The translations under genes and the position numbers were made by a program. 64,000 nucleotides of DNA from the NCBI GenBank assembly GCA_965178125.1, contig OZ237762.1, forward strand, positions 682,001-746,000, in the 5' to 3' direction. The notes beneath the pieces were generated by a model. That model was not told the origin of the DNA and searched no databases. It saw only the letters and a list, made by a program, of their open reading frames with translations. Positions 38,501 through 50,881 of the stretch are shown here, piece by piece; within the stretch, counting starts at the first letter, position 1; each line of letters begins with the position of its first letter. Source of the DNA: Bilabrum cf. latius. Taxonomy: Eukaryota.

Positions 38501-40283
38501 CTTCGGAGCCGAGAGAAACCTGCTGCATCAGTCTTTGCTCTACTGCGTCTACTGGGCCACCGGTGCCAGACACGTCGCCAAGCACCTGCAGCTGTCCATG
38601 CAGTCGTCCATGCAGCAGGTGTCGGGCAGAGCGCCGCTCCCATGGTACGGTCTCAAGATCACCGACCTGAATGACCTGGCGTTCTGGTGCGGGACGCAAC
38701 CCACGCTTCAGGTTAGGGTGCTGAGGTAGGGCCGCGTGCAGCTGGCCCAGATGTACACGTTCCGGGAGGAACAGCGACTGACCTACTCCCGAAGCGTGCT
38801 GATCTTTGCGGGGGCCTACATATCCGAGGCCGATGCCCTGCTTCGTTTTCACAGCAGAGGTCCGGTGATTGCGCCTAGGACAGCGGCAGAGGCAGCCGAT
38901 TTGAAGGAGCAGTCAAGAGCCGTTGAAATGCTGGAGGACAGAGGTGTGATCACCGACGAAGAGGCATTCCAGCACCTTACGCCTGCCGGGAGGCGCTTGC
39001 TGGCTATGCAGCAGGGCAGGAGGAGCGCATCGCCTGCGCCATTGCATCACAGAGCGCGGCTGGTCACCACATTCCGGTCCGACGGCTCGCCAGGAAACGC
39101 GCGCATGAGCCAGCAAGTCGCTTTCTGGATCGTCCGCTTGAACCGCCGGCCTGTCCTCACCGTGGCCGCTGCCATTGAGGCGATCCGGTCGGTGCCTGAT
39201 AGGTCGGTCGTGCCCATTGAGGTGGTGCGCTGTGCAGAGGGCACTAAGATTGCGGATGGGCTGCGCACCGACTACCTGCAGCAGCCCACTCGCGTGCTCG
39301 TGCAGACCGCTCCCAAGTTCGTGTGGAGGCAGCTCTTTGTGGACCATGCCGCGGGACAGCTGCTGGATGAGAACGGCAATGCGGTGCACCTACAGGGTAT
39401 GAAGGCGCGCCCAAGCAGCGACACCATTCCAGGCACATCAGCTGGTGCGGCGTCAGGCGCTGGATCGGATAGCCCGAGTGCACCGGGGGAACCCCCTTCC
39501 GCTATCCCGCTCATCCGCAGCAGCAGTCTTTCTCTGTGGGAGGGTGGAGAGAGGGCCAAAGAAGTGTGCGGGGCAGACGAAGCAGAAAGTATTGGCGGGG
39601 ATCAAAGCGAGGCAAAGAGCGGTTCTACAAGCCTAAGCACCGAGCAAATCACTGACAGTCCCGCCTCTTCCTCTCATAGAGAGGACTGCAGCGATACTGC
39701 TCCTGATGGTACTACTGGGGGACCTACTTCCGAGTCGCGGCAGGTGGTCGTGGCCCAAGCAGAGCGACCAGACGCTGCTGTTGCCTCGAGGGAGGAGCAG
39801 GGGAGCACGCACCCGCTGTAGCCAACACCGCAGTCGCTTCTTGCCTGCCGCTCTGTCGGTAGCGATGGGGTGGCTGTGAGGTGGGGTCTCATGGGTTCGG
39901 ATTGGTTGTGGAGGTGGGTGGTGCACCGTGACTTGCAGGCGCGTCGTGACGTCACGGGGATCGCTGGTGGCGGTCTGCTGGCGCTTGGGGAGGAAAGCGT
40001 CAAAGCGCACAAGAAGCAGCGCGTGGATGCAATCGATGGCCGCATAAGAAGAGCGCAAGGTGGCCAGCGAAGGGGCTGGTCTGCAGCTGGGATAATCGGG
40101 GCTGTGTGCGGTGGCGTCGTTGTGGCTGTTGGCGGCATGCTCGTCGTTGCAGGCGTCGCGGGCGAGGTGCAGGGTGTGGGCTTCACTGGCGGTGTGAAGC
40201 GCCTCGTCTCTGCACAGCTTGCAGCTGTAGGGGCCTCGAAGTGGGCAGAGGAAGTTCGAAGGATGAACTCTGCTCCCAGATGA
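32550..40283 (+). CDS. Nma111/Deg7-like HtrA serine protease with a second degenerate protease domain, ~2577 aa with TAG=Gln
   Basis: Eleven listed ORFs share one frame, with 18 in-frame TAG and no TAA/TGA over 7.7 kb. Catalytic triad motifs: GTGFVVDAAKGLVLTNRHV, YLDPIHDFAIL, GSSGSPVLNVDGEAVALNAG. PDZ-like segments (LEAGDGILGVNG). Second domain: GQGIVVNKSLGLVLTAREVVP ... LGGAVIDEEG. Confidence 0.9.
36129..36164 (+). repeat. (AGCGAT)n coding microsatellite encoding Ser-Asp repeats
   Basis: Six tandem agcgat units within the protease linker. Confidence 0.9.
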
Positions 40284-40442
40284 ATAGAGCACATCCTAAA
40301 CTTAAGGATCTTTCGGTTTCAACACACTGCATGCTCTATCCTGGATTCCGGATAACACGTTTTCGTAATACATCACTGGTTGCTTGAATGTCCTTGATTG
40401 GCTTGATCGCGGCTTCTTTGTATGATGCAGTCTGGCCGAGCG

Positions 40443-43400
40443 TCAAGGCAGGACGTCCAAGCAAACGCTGACATCCTCAAGTGACGACAAGGACCCAATA
40501 TGGTCATGCCCCTTCGCTCGCGGCATGCTGAGCACACCCAAGAACAAAGAATCTGCCGTCCCGTCGAATCCACCCCACGCCTTTGATGCAGCCCCAGCAG
40601 CTGCACCGCTGTAACCAGGCTTGTCGGCGTCGGACTTGCATTCGTTTACAAGTGCGCGCAGCACGTCTAGCACCACAGCGCAGCTGGACTCGTCACACGC
40701 AGCAATGGCTGCAACTGCACCTTGCATCAGGCTTTCATCAGAACCCCTTGGTCCTGCTGGATGCTGCGTGTAGGGGGTTCCGCTGTCGCACAAGGCGCTG
40801 TCAGCTATTGCGTGCAATAGGTCAAGGCGGCTCTGACCGGCCAAGGACATGCCCACCGAAGACTGCGGCTGAGGCTAAGTCTGTACAATCAGAATCGCTG
40901 GTCTGGCAATTTCGCCAAACCACCACATTTCACTGCCCACCCAAGCAGCTTTTGCACAGCTAGCAAGTCTAGCGACAGCATCGGCAGCTGAAATACCCAT
41001 GCCTGGCAAGGTGCCCTCGGGGGGACACATAGCCAGGGGCACTCGAAGGCTCTAGTCTAGCACTACATTAGATGGCGTAGCTCCTTGCATACCCGATTCT
41101 GCTACCGTGCTGCGGGCGGCTTGCGACCACAATTCAAACCCTTGCTCCTCGCTGACATGATGGGGGGCAATCACAAGAGCGTGGGCTGCGCAACTCCCTG
41201 GCTTGCCTCCCTTCGGTACGTTTTGCTTGTCCTTGGCCACATCGTCCGTGAACGTCGCGAGGGCATTCACCTAGATCGAACCATTGCCACGCCTCCGCGG
41301 GTACAGCAGCAAGGCAACCGTGCGGGCCAAAGGCTCCGTAGGATCGTCGCTGCTGGTAGGCAGTCCTTCGGATTCACGAATCCCGCTCGATTTCGACTGT
41401 GAAGTGCTTTTATCACCATCGAGAGCTCCCATCGGAACTTCATCATCACATCCTTCCTCGGATTCGTTCTCGGCATCACTGCCGTCCACGCCCTCAAGGT
41501 CAAAGTCCGGGTGGGGGGCCGTTGCCCTCGTATGCCCATACACATCCACGAGAGAGCCCATGCAGTCGACGACCGCCGTGGCCGCAAGAAAAGCCTCAAG
41601 TGAGAAGGATGCGGCTGCAAATACAGCGGGGTAAGCAGCACTCAAAGCCCCGAAAACCTGCGAATGCTCGGTTTCGAGCTCCTTCCGCCAGGCTAGCGCA
41701 TGCCCGGAGGCGGCGCACATTTGATCAACCCGACAAGCGACAACTCTCCCCGCCTCCATGACCTTTTTAGGGGCTGCTGCTTTCAAGAGCGCCTCGGAGT
41801 CAGCGAGCAGCATGGCTCGGTCGATCACGGCGAGAACCCGTTTCAGCGAGTCGCTTGGAGGGCGACTCGTGCTGATGCTGGTGCAACATGCGCCATCGGC
41901 TGCTTCAGCCCGACTAGCCGCTCCCGTGATTGCCACCTCCCCGATTCTGCGGGATTTGGCAGCTGACTCACCCTGGTTGCATTCTCTGGTTGAGCCATCC
42001 GTGCCCTTGTCAGCTGCTCTGGCACGCTTCATGCCCGCGCGTGAGCCTGGAGAGCTGCTGGGTTGATGAGACTCATGCACCATTTTCTTCATAGAATTGA
42101 GTCGCCTGGTGGCCGCGAGTCCGGCATCCCTCGCGGCATGCAGGCACTGCCTAGCTAGCTAACACCAATTGCCCAGCTCCTCTGCGTCCATGCCGTCCTC
42201 TTCCTCATCCTCGCCATCGCCAGCATCTTCCAACTCCTGCCCCTGCTCCTGCCCGCGCCCTTCATCTTCATCGTTGTCCTGGTCCATTGAGGCGCCCGTA
42301 ATCGCACCAACACCGTGCTCGGATCCTCCGAATGAGCTCCCCTCAGCAGGACACTGGGAAGCAAGACACATCAGCAAAGCAGCCACTTGGAAGCGGGCGT
42401 CAGACCCTTGCACAGCAGTGGCGAGAATCCGCCCCGCCTCGCCTCCAAGCTCGACAAGCCTGCCCGGGTGCAGCAAAGCGCTGGGTCCTAAACGGTATGA
42501 AGGGACAGGTGCCGAGCTCTAGTCGGGGCGTTGGCCTTCTATCAGCTCGGTTTGGATGGCAGCTGTGACTGCGTCGAGATGGGCGACCTGCTGCTTTCTA
42601 AACCGTGTGACGAGTGCGTGGCGAATTCGGAACTGGCGCAGCTCTTTCGATCTCTCGCTCTCCTGGTCGGTCTTGCCAGAGCAGCTCGACGTCGCGGATG
42701 CACCCTTCGCTCGCTCCGATTCAGATCTTGCCTGAAGCCTGGCATCTGCGTGGTTCTGCGCCTGAACGATCTTGGCCCTCTTGGACTGCAGCATGCCGCG
42801 CAATTGGTGCAATGCCTGCACGCGGTGCTCCTCGCCGAAACGGGACAGCTGCTCAGAGTCTTGTCGCACACTTTCGCTGCTTCCGTCTGCATCTGCTGCG
42901 CTCGTATGTGAAGATGGGGCCACACCAGCACCAGGGGCTGCTGGTTTACTAGCTGGCCCTCCAACATTGGGTCTGATGCTCGGATGCGTGCTACTATCCG
43001 GCCGCCCACACACCAGTCTTGCAATATCAGCCAGTGTGCAGCGTTGCTGCCAATTGCAGAGTGCCTAGTAGGCGGCGTGAAGGCCCATGCCTTCGGTTGG
43101 GGGCACTTCATTTTTAACATCTCTTGCATCTTCGACACGAACTGGTTTAGCGTTAGATCCGGCTCCACCGGTACCGCTCGTGGTGGGGCTCTTCAGGGCA
43201 GCATCAGTAAGAAGCTACAGCCGCTTGGCCTGTAGCAGTCGCTTTAAGGCTTTCATACCCCTTGTCCACATGCGGGAGAAAAGAAGCTGCAGGACGGGCA
43301 TCGGGCATGAGGCGACAGCAACAACTGCAAGGACGTCCTCGGGAACTGCTGCAGCTGCACGGTGGCGCTCGCCGTCCACGGCTCGGCTTGCCTAGGCACT

Positions 43401-44666
43401 TGATGACGACAGCGACGGTGATGATGCCTCAGCTCCTGGCAAACTGGATTTGGAACCCCTTGCAGCCCCCGGAGCTGCACTGGTAGACATCCCAGGGGCG
43501 GCTTGGCTTGCCTTTGCACCCTGTGTGTGCGAGTCGGTGTGCCTCTGCCCGCCCCGAATCATGAATCTGGGGCGGTGCAGTCCAGCGGCAGAGAGCACAC
43601 CAGCCACCATTGCTCCCCTTGGGCTATCTCGAGGGGGGAATGAGACGGCCACTGCCACCGAGTCAGCGGGGTTGTCGTCCACGATGAATCCATACCCCAG
43701 CAGAAGCTCCTCGTTCCCCTTCGGCCCGTAGGTGTTGTACACCTGCTCCCCTGCTCGCAGGTCTTTGTCCGTGCGAAAGGAGAGCCCTTTCTCCTCCCGT
43801 AGCCAAGTCATTCTAGCGCTGTGGTGGTGGTTCAGCAGGTCTAATACGGGGAGCATGCATGCGGTGGCAGGGGCTGGTGGAGGCACGGGCTATCCACTCG
43901 GAATGGCCCCTGTCGGACTGGAGCTGCTTGCGGGCGGTAGTTGTGAGCCCGCCCCAGCGGAATCGATCCCAGAAGAAGATAATGTTGGATCTGAGGCCCC
44001 CTAGGCGCCATCGCTGCTCGGCGGTCGCGACAGATAGTGCGGGAATCCCCTGGATGCTCGGTGGGCAAATGCCCACATTACCGACTCCTCAGACGGGAGC
44101 TGCAGGAGACCCTTCTTGCCGCTGATGTCGTACCATGCCTGTATTTTCTAGTACATTCGGTGGATATCGTCTTTCTTCTGTTTTACCGCCATTCCTACGT
44201 TGCTTGCGCGCAGGAGGTCGTCACAAGTCTGGCTGTCCCAACACAGCGGGACGTCAGGCAGCCTTCCGGGATCCAATGCAGATGCATAGGCTCTAAAAAC
44301 ACCCTGCTGCTGGGAACCTGCTGCAAATGACTCTGTTTGTGAACTATGCATCGATCCGTGCTGTCGCCGCGCACCGCTAGATTCTCGATGCACGGCCATT
44401 TCGAGGCACAAAGAGGCAGTCGGGTCCAGGGCTACGTCTGATTCGAAATGCCTTTGCATTCGGACGACAGCGTCCTCTTCGGACTCCATCACTGTGTACG
44501 GAATGTATGCTATTTTTGTCCCTGCCTGAAGTGTGTGCCCGGGACGTACCACAGCTTCAGATCCATGCTGACCAGATCGAAGCTGAACTGCCGGTGATAT
44601 CCAAGCACCACTGCGCTTTGCGCACTGCAAAAGTTGGTCTGCTGCACTATCGCTTGAAATCGACAT
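40443..44666 (-). CDS. SET-domain methyltransferase (SETD3/Rubisco-LSMT type) with a long C-terminal extension, ~1407 aa with TAG=Gln
   Basis: One frame with TAG at 44148, 44001, 43890, 43392, 43215, 43065, 42519, 42159, 41271, 41052 and 40875; ends in TGA. Motifs: MWAFAHRASRGF, MLPVLDLLNHH, GEQVYNTYGPKGNEELLLGYGF. Confidence 0.85.
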
Positions 44667-44766
44667 CGTATTGTCCCTAGTGCGCTCTGAAGTGAGGCAA
44701 ACGTCCCTTGTGCAAGAATCCGAGTCCACCAAACCTACACAGCCAAATTGCAAATGCACAATAAAA
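44667..44766. promoter_or_regulatory. 100-bp bidirectional promoter region between the SET gene and MutY
   Basis: Head-to-head ATGs at 44666(-) and 44767(+). Confidence 0.55.
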
Positions 44767-47118
44767 ATGCCTGAAAAGTAGAATGTCGCACCTTTGTTGC
44801 TTCCTTGGTATAGGCAGGTACGTCGTAAACTGCCGTGGCGGGGGGATCCACCTCCGTGGGGTGGCAGTGACAGATCATCCAATAAGGCTCGCCATGCTAG
44901 CATGTCCCAACCACCGAGCAAGAAGCGAAGGGTCTCGGCTACTCTCAAGTCATTCTTTGCAGTGAAATCCGAGGAGAAGGCCCCTGTGGATGTCGATCTC
45001 ACTGCACAAGACCAGGACTCGAAAGAGGCATCTGCTGATGTTCAAATCCCAAGCAGCCCATACGCCACATGGGTGTCCGAAATCATGCTGCAGCAAACTA
45101 GGGTAGAAGCAGTAATTCCACATTTTGTCCGCTGGATGAACAAATTTCCATCAGTGTCTTCGTTAGCATCTTCGTCGGAAGAAGAGGTAACAAAAGCTTG
45201 GGCCGGGCTGGGGTACTACCGCCGAGCACGGTTTCTTCGGAAGGGTGCCCAGCATATCATGGAAAAGCACGGTGGTGTTGTCCCCCCTGACGTAGAGTCG
45301 CTGCTGGCAGTCCCTGGGATCGGCGAGTACACGGCGGGCGCCGTCTCTTCCATCGCATTTGGCAGGCAAGCCGCCCTCGTAGACGGCAATGTGATCAGGG
45401 TCGTCTCGAGGCTCGCTGGGATCGTAGGCGACCCCAGATCGCCCGCTCTGCCCAAGTCAATCTGGCAGTGGGCTAGGAGCGCCGTGCCACCACCTCACAG
45501 CGGGGAGCATGGTCAAAGCACCGGTGATCAATCCACCGGTGGATCCAAGGGCAGCGGCAGTGCGCCATCCTCAGCCGCGGGGGATGCAAGCGACTCCGCA
45601 ACTGGTAAACACCCAATCGATGCCAGTAAAGAAACCAGTCCCAGGAACGACCCCGGAGACTTCAACCAGGGCCTCATGGAGCTCGGTGCCACCGTCTGCA
45701 CGCCCACTGGCCCTGCCTGCGATAGGTGCCCTCTCAGCACCGTGTGCGCAAGCCGGCTCTTGGAAGCGTCAGGACATACCTGGCGAGATGCACTGGACTA
45801 GGGTGCCGAGGAGCGGGTCTCTCAGGCGGGAAAGCAGGCAGTGACGGGCGCCTCAAGCGGCCCGGGAGCGGAATCTGGCGAGGACGGTGAGGCCCAGGCC
45901 CAGGGCAAGGGCAAGGGCAAGGTTGAGGGTAAAGGCGGGGAGACAGTCGCTGGCCTCGACAAAGTGCGTGAGCAAGCGGGGCTAGAGGTGGTCGGAGGCA
46001 TGGAGATTACGGACATCGAAGACCTGCTGGGGAACAAGATCGACCCGGAGTTCAAATTCAGTGCCGGTCACCTGCCTCTTCGCAAGCCCAAGACCGCCTC
46101 AAGGGTCGCGAGAGGGGCAGCTGTCGTCGCGTTCCGGTGGGAGGAATCAGGCAACTAGAGCAGCAGCAGCAGCAGCAGCAGCATAGGCTGCTTGGAAGTG
46201 CTTCTCGAGACCAGGCCGAGCCACAGAGGCGCGCTGCTGGCAGGTCACCAGGCCCCCGTGATGCGGTTGGGAGAGGCCTAGAAACCGAGCCAGAGGAGGA
46301 AGGCACGCGGGAAGCAAGCCGCGGTAAAGCCCAGCAAGGCCACATCTGCTGCTAGCAGCAAGCTCATGAGCAAGGGACCACCTGTACCTGCAGAATCATC
46401 AGCAGAATCATCTGCCGGGGCGGCGGCAGGCGATGCTGCCACCGGAGGGGAGGGAGCATCTGGGCCGTCCGTGGATGCGGTGGAGGATCAGCTCATGGCA
46501 CTGATTGGCCGAGAGGGAGATGGAGACTCAAACTCTGAGACATCGTCCAAGCCTGGGGCCCCAGCCGCATTCGTTGCATCGGCGCCATCGGCTGCATCAA
46601 GTGCATCGGGTGCACTGTCGTCATCGGGTGCATCATGTGCTGGTGCTGGGAGTCGAGCAGAGGTAGAGGTTAGGGGGGAGGCAAAGCCAATCGAGCTAAC
46701 TTTTTCTGGACTTAAGGTGGAGGTACAGACCGTTGGAGTGCTAGCCGGTGGTAGCACGGGTGTCGAATGGCACAGCCGCTCAGAGGCATGCAGCACTTCC
46801 GGCGCCGCGGTCAGCTAGGCTCGAGACGGAGATGCTGGTCCTCCAGATCGCCGGTGGGTTCCTTTGCCTCAGGTCGAGTCCGCTGGGCTGAGCTCTTGGG
46901 CATGCAAGCTCGTATCAGCTGGCCTTTCTAATCTAGTAACGGCACTATCACGATCTGCTAGAGACCAAACGGGCGCAGAGCACAGAGCAGTCAAGGCATG
47001 GTTGGACTAGCAACTCACGTCTCGAAAAGCTGTGAAGCGCAAGTTGAGCAGCAGCGGAACCAACACTGGCACCAAATGGGTGGAGTACCTGTATCGTCGG
47101 TCTAAACTTTAGATTTAA
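44767..47118 (+). CDS. mutY: A/G-specific adenine DNA glycosylase (MutY/MUTYH), ~783 aa with TAG=Gln
   Basis: LLPWYRQVRRKLPWR, WVSEIMLQQTRV, WAGLGYYRRAR, HhH LLAVPGIGEYTAGAV, VDGNVIRV, Fe-S motif CTPTGPACDRCPLSTVC. The NUDIX-like C-domain (LLETRPSHRGALLAG, RRWVPLPQVESAGLSS) is reached only through TAG. TAG at 44779, 45799, 46156, 46279, 46816, 47008 and 47110; ends in TAA. Confidence 0.92.
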
Positions 47119-47290
47119 AGCACACCCGAGCCTCGTGTGGAGTTGCGACCAAATGGCCACAGAATCATCACCGAACAATAGAAAATGATTTCGTCCTTCT
47201 GCGATCGGTCATCTGACACGGAATATCACTCTAGCGGCGTGCGTACCCGATCGTCCGGGCTCTTCTTCACTCGGCAGACGACTAATAGTT

Positions 47291-50200
47291 ATGAACTTTA
47301 AATGCAGGAGTGTCGTGTTCCCGCTCGTGGTCCTGGTAAGCCTGTTGTGCAGCCTGTCACAATTATTGTCTGCAGACCAACGGATTGTCTGTCGCTACGT
47401 CAATTTCTGTCACTCGTCGGCCCTTCTTGTGAGCAGATCATTGGAATAAAGGCTCAAGGTGGATGTTCAGCAGGTCAATCAGCTCGACTTGCGCAGCTGT
47501 GGGAGTGTGAGGCTTCTAACCCGAACCAGCAGTGGTCGCTCGATGCGTCCTCCAAGAAACTGAGTCTTGTGGGAGTGCCTTCGATGATCATTCGAAACTA
47601 CTCTGCATCTGAATTACCCAGATGGCCGCGTGCGGAGTGGGGGATCCCAGATACATCGCCCACAGCCGTGCTAGACGATCTTCCGACCGACCCGGAAGCT
47701 GCAATAAGCTTCATGTGGTCCATCGTGCCAGATTCAGACGGGAAAAGCGTCAACATCAAGTCCATTGACAAGGATGGAGCGGACACGGGATACTGCTTGG
47801 GCGCGGCCAGCGAATCCCAGGAGCTAAACTTCGTGATCGAGTCTCTGAACCTGAGAGGGTACCCCGGAACGGAGGCCACGGTGGTTCCTTGCGACGGGCT
47901 CGGCCAGGCCAACCAGATCAAATGGTAGAAGATCGAGTCTCCTAATGAAGATGGCTCCTTCTAGCTGAAGCATGTCGATTCCCAAGGAAATTGCCTCGAC
48001 GTGGGTTCGTCGGCCAGCTGCCACGACGCTCACCTCAAGGACCTGCCGTTCTGCGATCGCACGCTGTCGCCAAAGGACCGTGCCAAGGACCTGGTAAGCC
48101 GACTGGACAACACCGAAAAGATGATGCAGATGCGCGGCGGGTACATTCTCTCATCGCCGGGCGTGCCGAGGCTAGGCGTGCGTGGGATTCAGATCGTCGA
48201 GGATCAGTCCGGCGTGGGCACGTTCTGCGGCACACCGACCTCTGAGGACTCCACAGGGTGCCCGACTGTGTTCCCTGCAGGTCCATCACTTGGTGCCACC
48301 ATGAACCGGACCCTGTGGGAGGAGGTGGCCCGCACATCCGCGATCGAGGCCCGGGGTCTCAGCAGTGAGACCACAGCTTGCCCCTACTTCTCCAACTGCT
48401 TCCGGCCGGGACCCGTTTCGGGCTACATGACGTTCGCGCCGAACCAGAACCTTGCTCGAGACCCGCGGTGGGGCCGCACCGGTGAGGTCGTGTCAGAGGA
48501 CGTGGTGCTTACCTCTGAGTGGGCCAAGGTGATGGTGAGGGGGTTGCAGACGGAGCGGGATGGGGTTCTCGCGGCGGGCAGCACCATCAAGCACTTCGCT
48601 TTCTACGATTTCGAGAACTCCACCGCGGAGGGACTGATTCGTTTCACCTTTAACGCGAACATCTCCCGAAAGGACGCTGCGCAGTTCTACCTGCCTTCCT
48701 TCAAGGTGAGCCAGGCCGAGGATCCCCTTTCGCTCATGTGCGCGTACGAGGCGTTCCACTGGTCCGACGACCCTGACCCGCCCAAGAACGGCGTTCCGCT
48801 GTGCGCCGCGAAGAACCTTACAGAAGGGTTACTCCGGGGTCGCTGGGGCTGGGACGGATACATCGCAAGCGACGATGTGGCCATCGACATCATGTGGGCT
48901 CTGCATGGGTACGTGCCCGACCGCGACTCCGCCATCTCTGCTGCCTTCGAGGCGGGCGTGGACATGGACACGGGCGTTTCGTTTGACTCGAACCTCATCT
49001 ACATGATCGACATCGGGAAGGTGTCGCAAGAAACCCTCGACCGCGCCGCCACTCGCGTGCTGACGGCCGGCGCCTCACTCGGGCAGTTCGATCCAGCGGG
49101 CAGCGGACCTTGGGACAACGTTACCATGGACGACGTGGACACTCCGGCGCACCGGCAGCTGGCCCTTGAAGCCGGAGAGCAAGGCATTGCTCTACTAAAG
49201 AACAAAAATGGCGCGCTGCCCTTTGCACCCGGTGAGCAGCTCGCCATTGTCGGGGCTGCAGCCAACTTCAGCGTGGAGATGTCTGGCGTCGACAACTACA
49301 ACGGCACCAGCCTGCATCTGTACGAGAACACCCCACTGCTAGCGCTGCTGCGGAGGAACGAGTCCTCGGTGTATTCCTACGGAGCCGAGCGGACCGGGAA
49401 CGACACGCAAGGCATCCTCGCCGCACAGCAAGCCTGCGCCGACGTGGGCCGCTGCGTGCTGCTGGTCGCATCGCATCCCGCTGGGGAGCAGTGTGACAAC
49501 GTGCACGTCACCCCGTCACCAGGTTAGATCGCGCTCGCACGGGCAGTGCTGCAGGCGACCGCCCAGGCAGGCGGGACCGTGACCATCGTGACCATGGGAG
49601 TCACGCCTGTGACCCTGCCCCCCGACGTGGTCGCGGCAGCCGACGCCGTGGTCAGCGCGCCGCTGCCCGGCGAACTCGGCGGCGAAGCCATCGCCCGCAT
49701 CCTATACGGAGAGACTTGTCCCAGCGGCCGCCTGACCGTGTCTCACTACCCCAGCCAGTTCGAGCGACGCAAGCCCACCGACATGCGACTGAGCGGAGGC
49801 GGGGGCAGCACGTACGCCTGGTACGACGCTTCGTTCTTCGGGGCTGACATGCCCTTCAAGTTCGGTGAGGGCCTGTCGTACGAGTAGATCGACACCAAGA
49901 GCCTCTCGATTCACGTCGCGGCTCGCGACCCGTGCAACCACGCCGTGCGCGGCTCCCGCACTGGCGCCAGGGACTGTTCTTCAAAGCCGGATGCAGCACG
50001 CCCAGCAGATAGGGAGCTTGCTGCAACCCAGAGCCAGGAAGATCAGGGCAAGGCGCCCCTGCTGACCCTCAACACGTCCGAACTGTGTAAAGGCGCCGCA
50101 TCCGTGACCGTGAATGTGACTGTGGGAAGGCAGGCCAGCTTCGAGGGGCCGGTCGCAACCTCTATGCTTGCCATCGTCCAGTTCCCTGCGGAACTCGTCA

Positions 50201-50475
50201 ACCAGGGCGCAGCACCGCCGAACGGGCAGCTTCTTGGCTTCGAGAAGGTGCTGCTCCCGTCAGCCAACGACCAGTCGGTCGTTGCGATCGAGCTGGACGT
50301 GCGGCATCTCGCGCGGCCCATCGGGCCCCTAGACGTGGCTGGCGTCCTTCCGGGCGGAGTGGTGTCACCGGGCGTGTATCCAGTCCGTGTGGGCGCCCCT
50401 GGTATGTGGCAGGACGGGACCATCGAGCTCGTGGGGAGCGCTTGCGGCGCCACCCAGGCTGCAATGCCTTGGTGA
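47291..50475 (+). CDS. Secreted glycoside hydrolase family 3 (beta-xylosidase/beta-glucosidase-like) with an N-terminal ricin-B lectin-like domain
   Basis: Exon 1 (47291-47335) plus exon 2 (from 47437) give a signal peptide MNFKCRSVVFPLVVLIIGIKA. QxW repeats (NPNQQWSL, NQIKW). GH3 motifs DPRWGRTGE, KHF, WGWDGYIASD, PSGRL, FGEGLSY. TAG at 47926, 47962, 49525 and 49885; ends in TGA. Confidence 0.9.
47336..47436 (+). other. Spliceosomal intron (101 nt) in the GH3 gene
   Basis: GTAAGC...GAGCAG, phase 0; restores a continuous hydrophobic signal peptide. Confidence 0.7.
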
Positions 50476-50881
50476 GCAACGCGAAGCGAGCTTCCTTTTC
50501 AAGCCGAGACAGAAACGATGGCGAGCCCATTCGTTAGGTTCAAGGTAGATCCAGGTGAAAAGTAGACGCTGTCATCATTCGAACATGTTCCTGTTCTATT
50601 TACAGCCACTAAACAGTCAATGACTTTGCTTCGAAGACAGCATCAAGATGAAGACAATAATATAATTTCTTTTGTGTGTTTGGTTGCACGCAAAAGCAGA
50701 GTGCCAAAGACTTCAGTTTGAAGAGATTTAGGAGCTATGAGTAATAGTGAGATTGTATGGCCCACCGTTGCGGTGATTGCCGTCCTCTTGCCGGGCGGGG
50801 CCACAGAAACCCTTTGCACGAGAATCGCTACCGTTCATGAACAACCATTTCGCAGCAGGTAGAGACTCTGTTTCACTGCAG

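Noticed and set aside
32550-40283. TAGs as 3' splice sites of tiny introns
   Set aside because: The frame is preserved straight through each TAG, most have no nearby GT donor, and paralogues are colinear across them.
46137-46355. Poly-Gln ORF
   Set aside because: Alternative frame of an (AGC)n tract that encodes poly-Ser within MutY.
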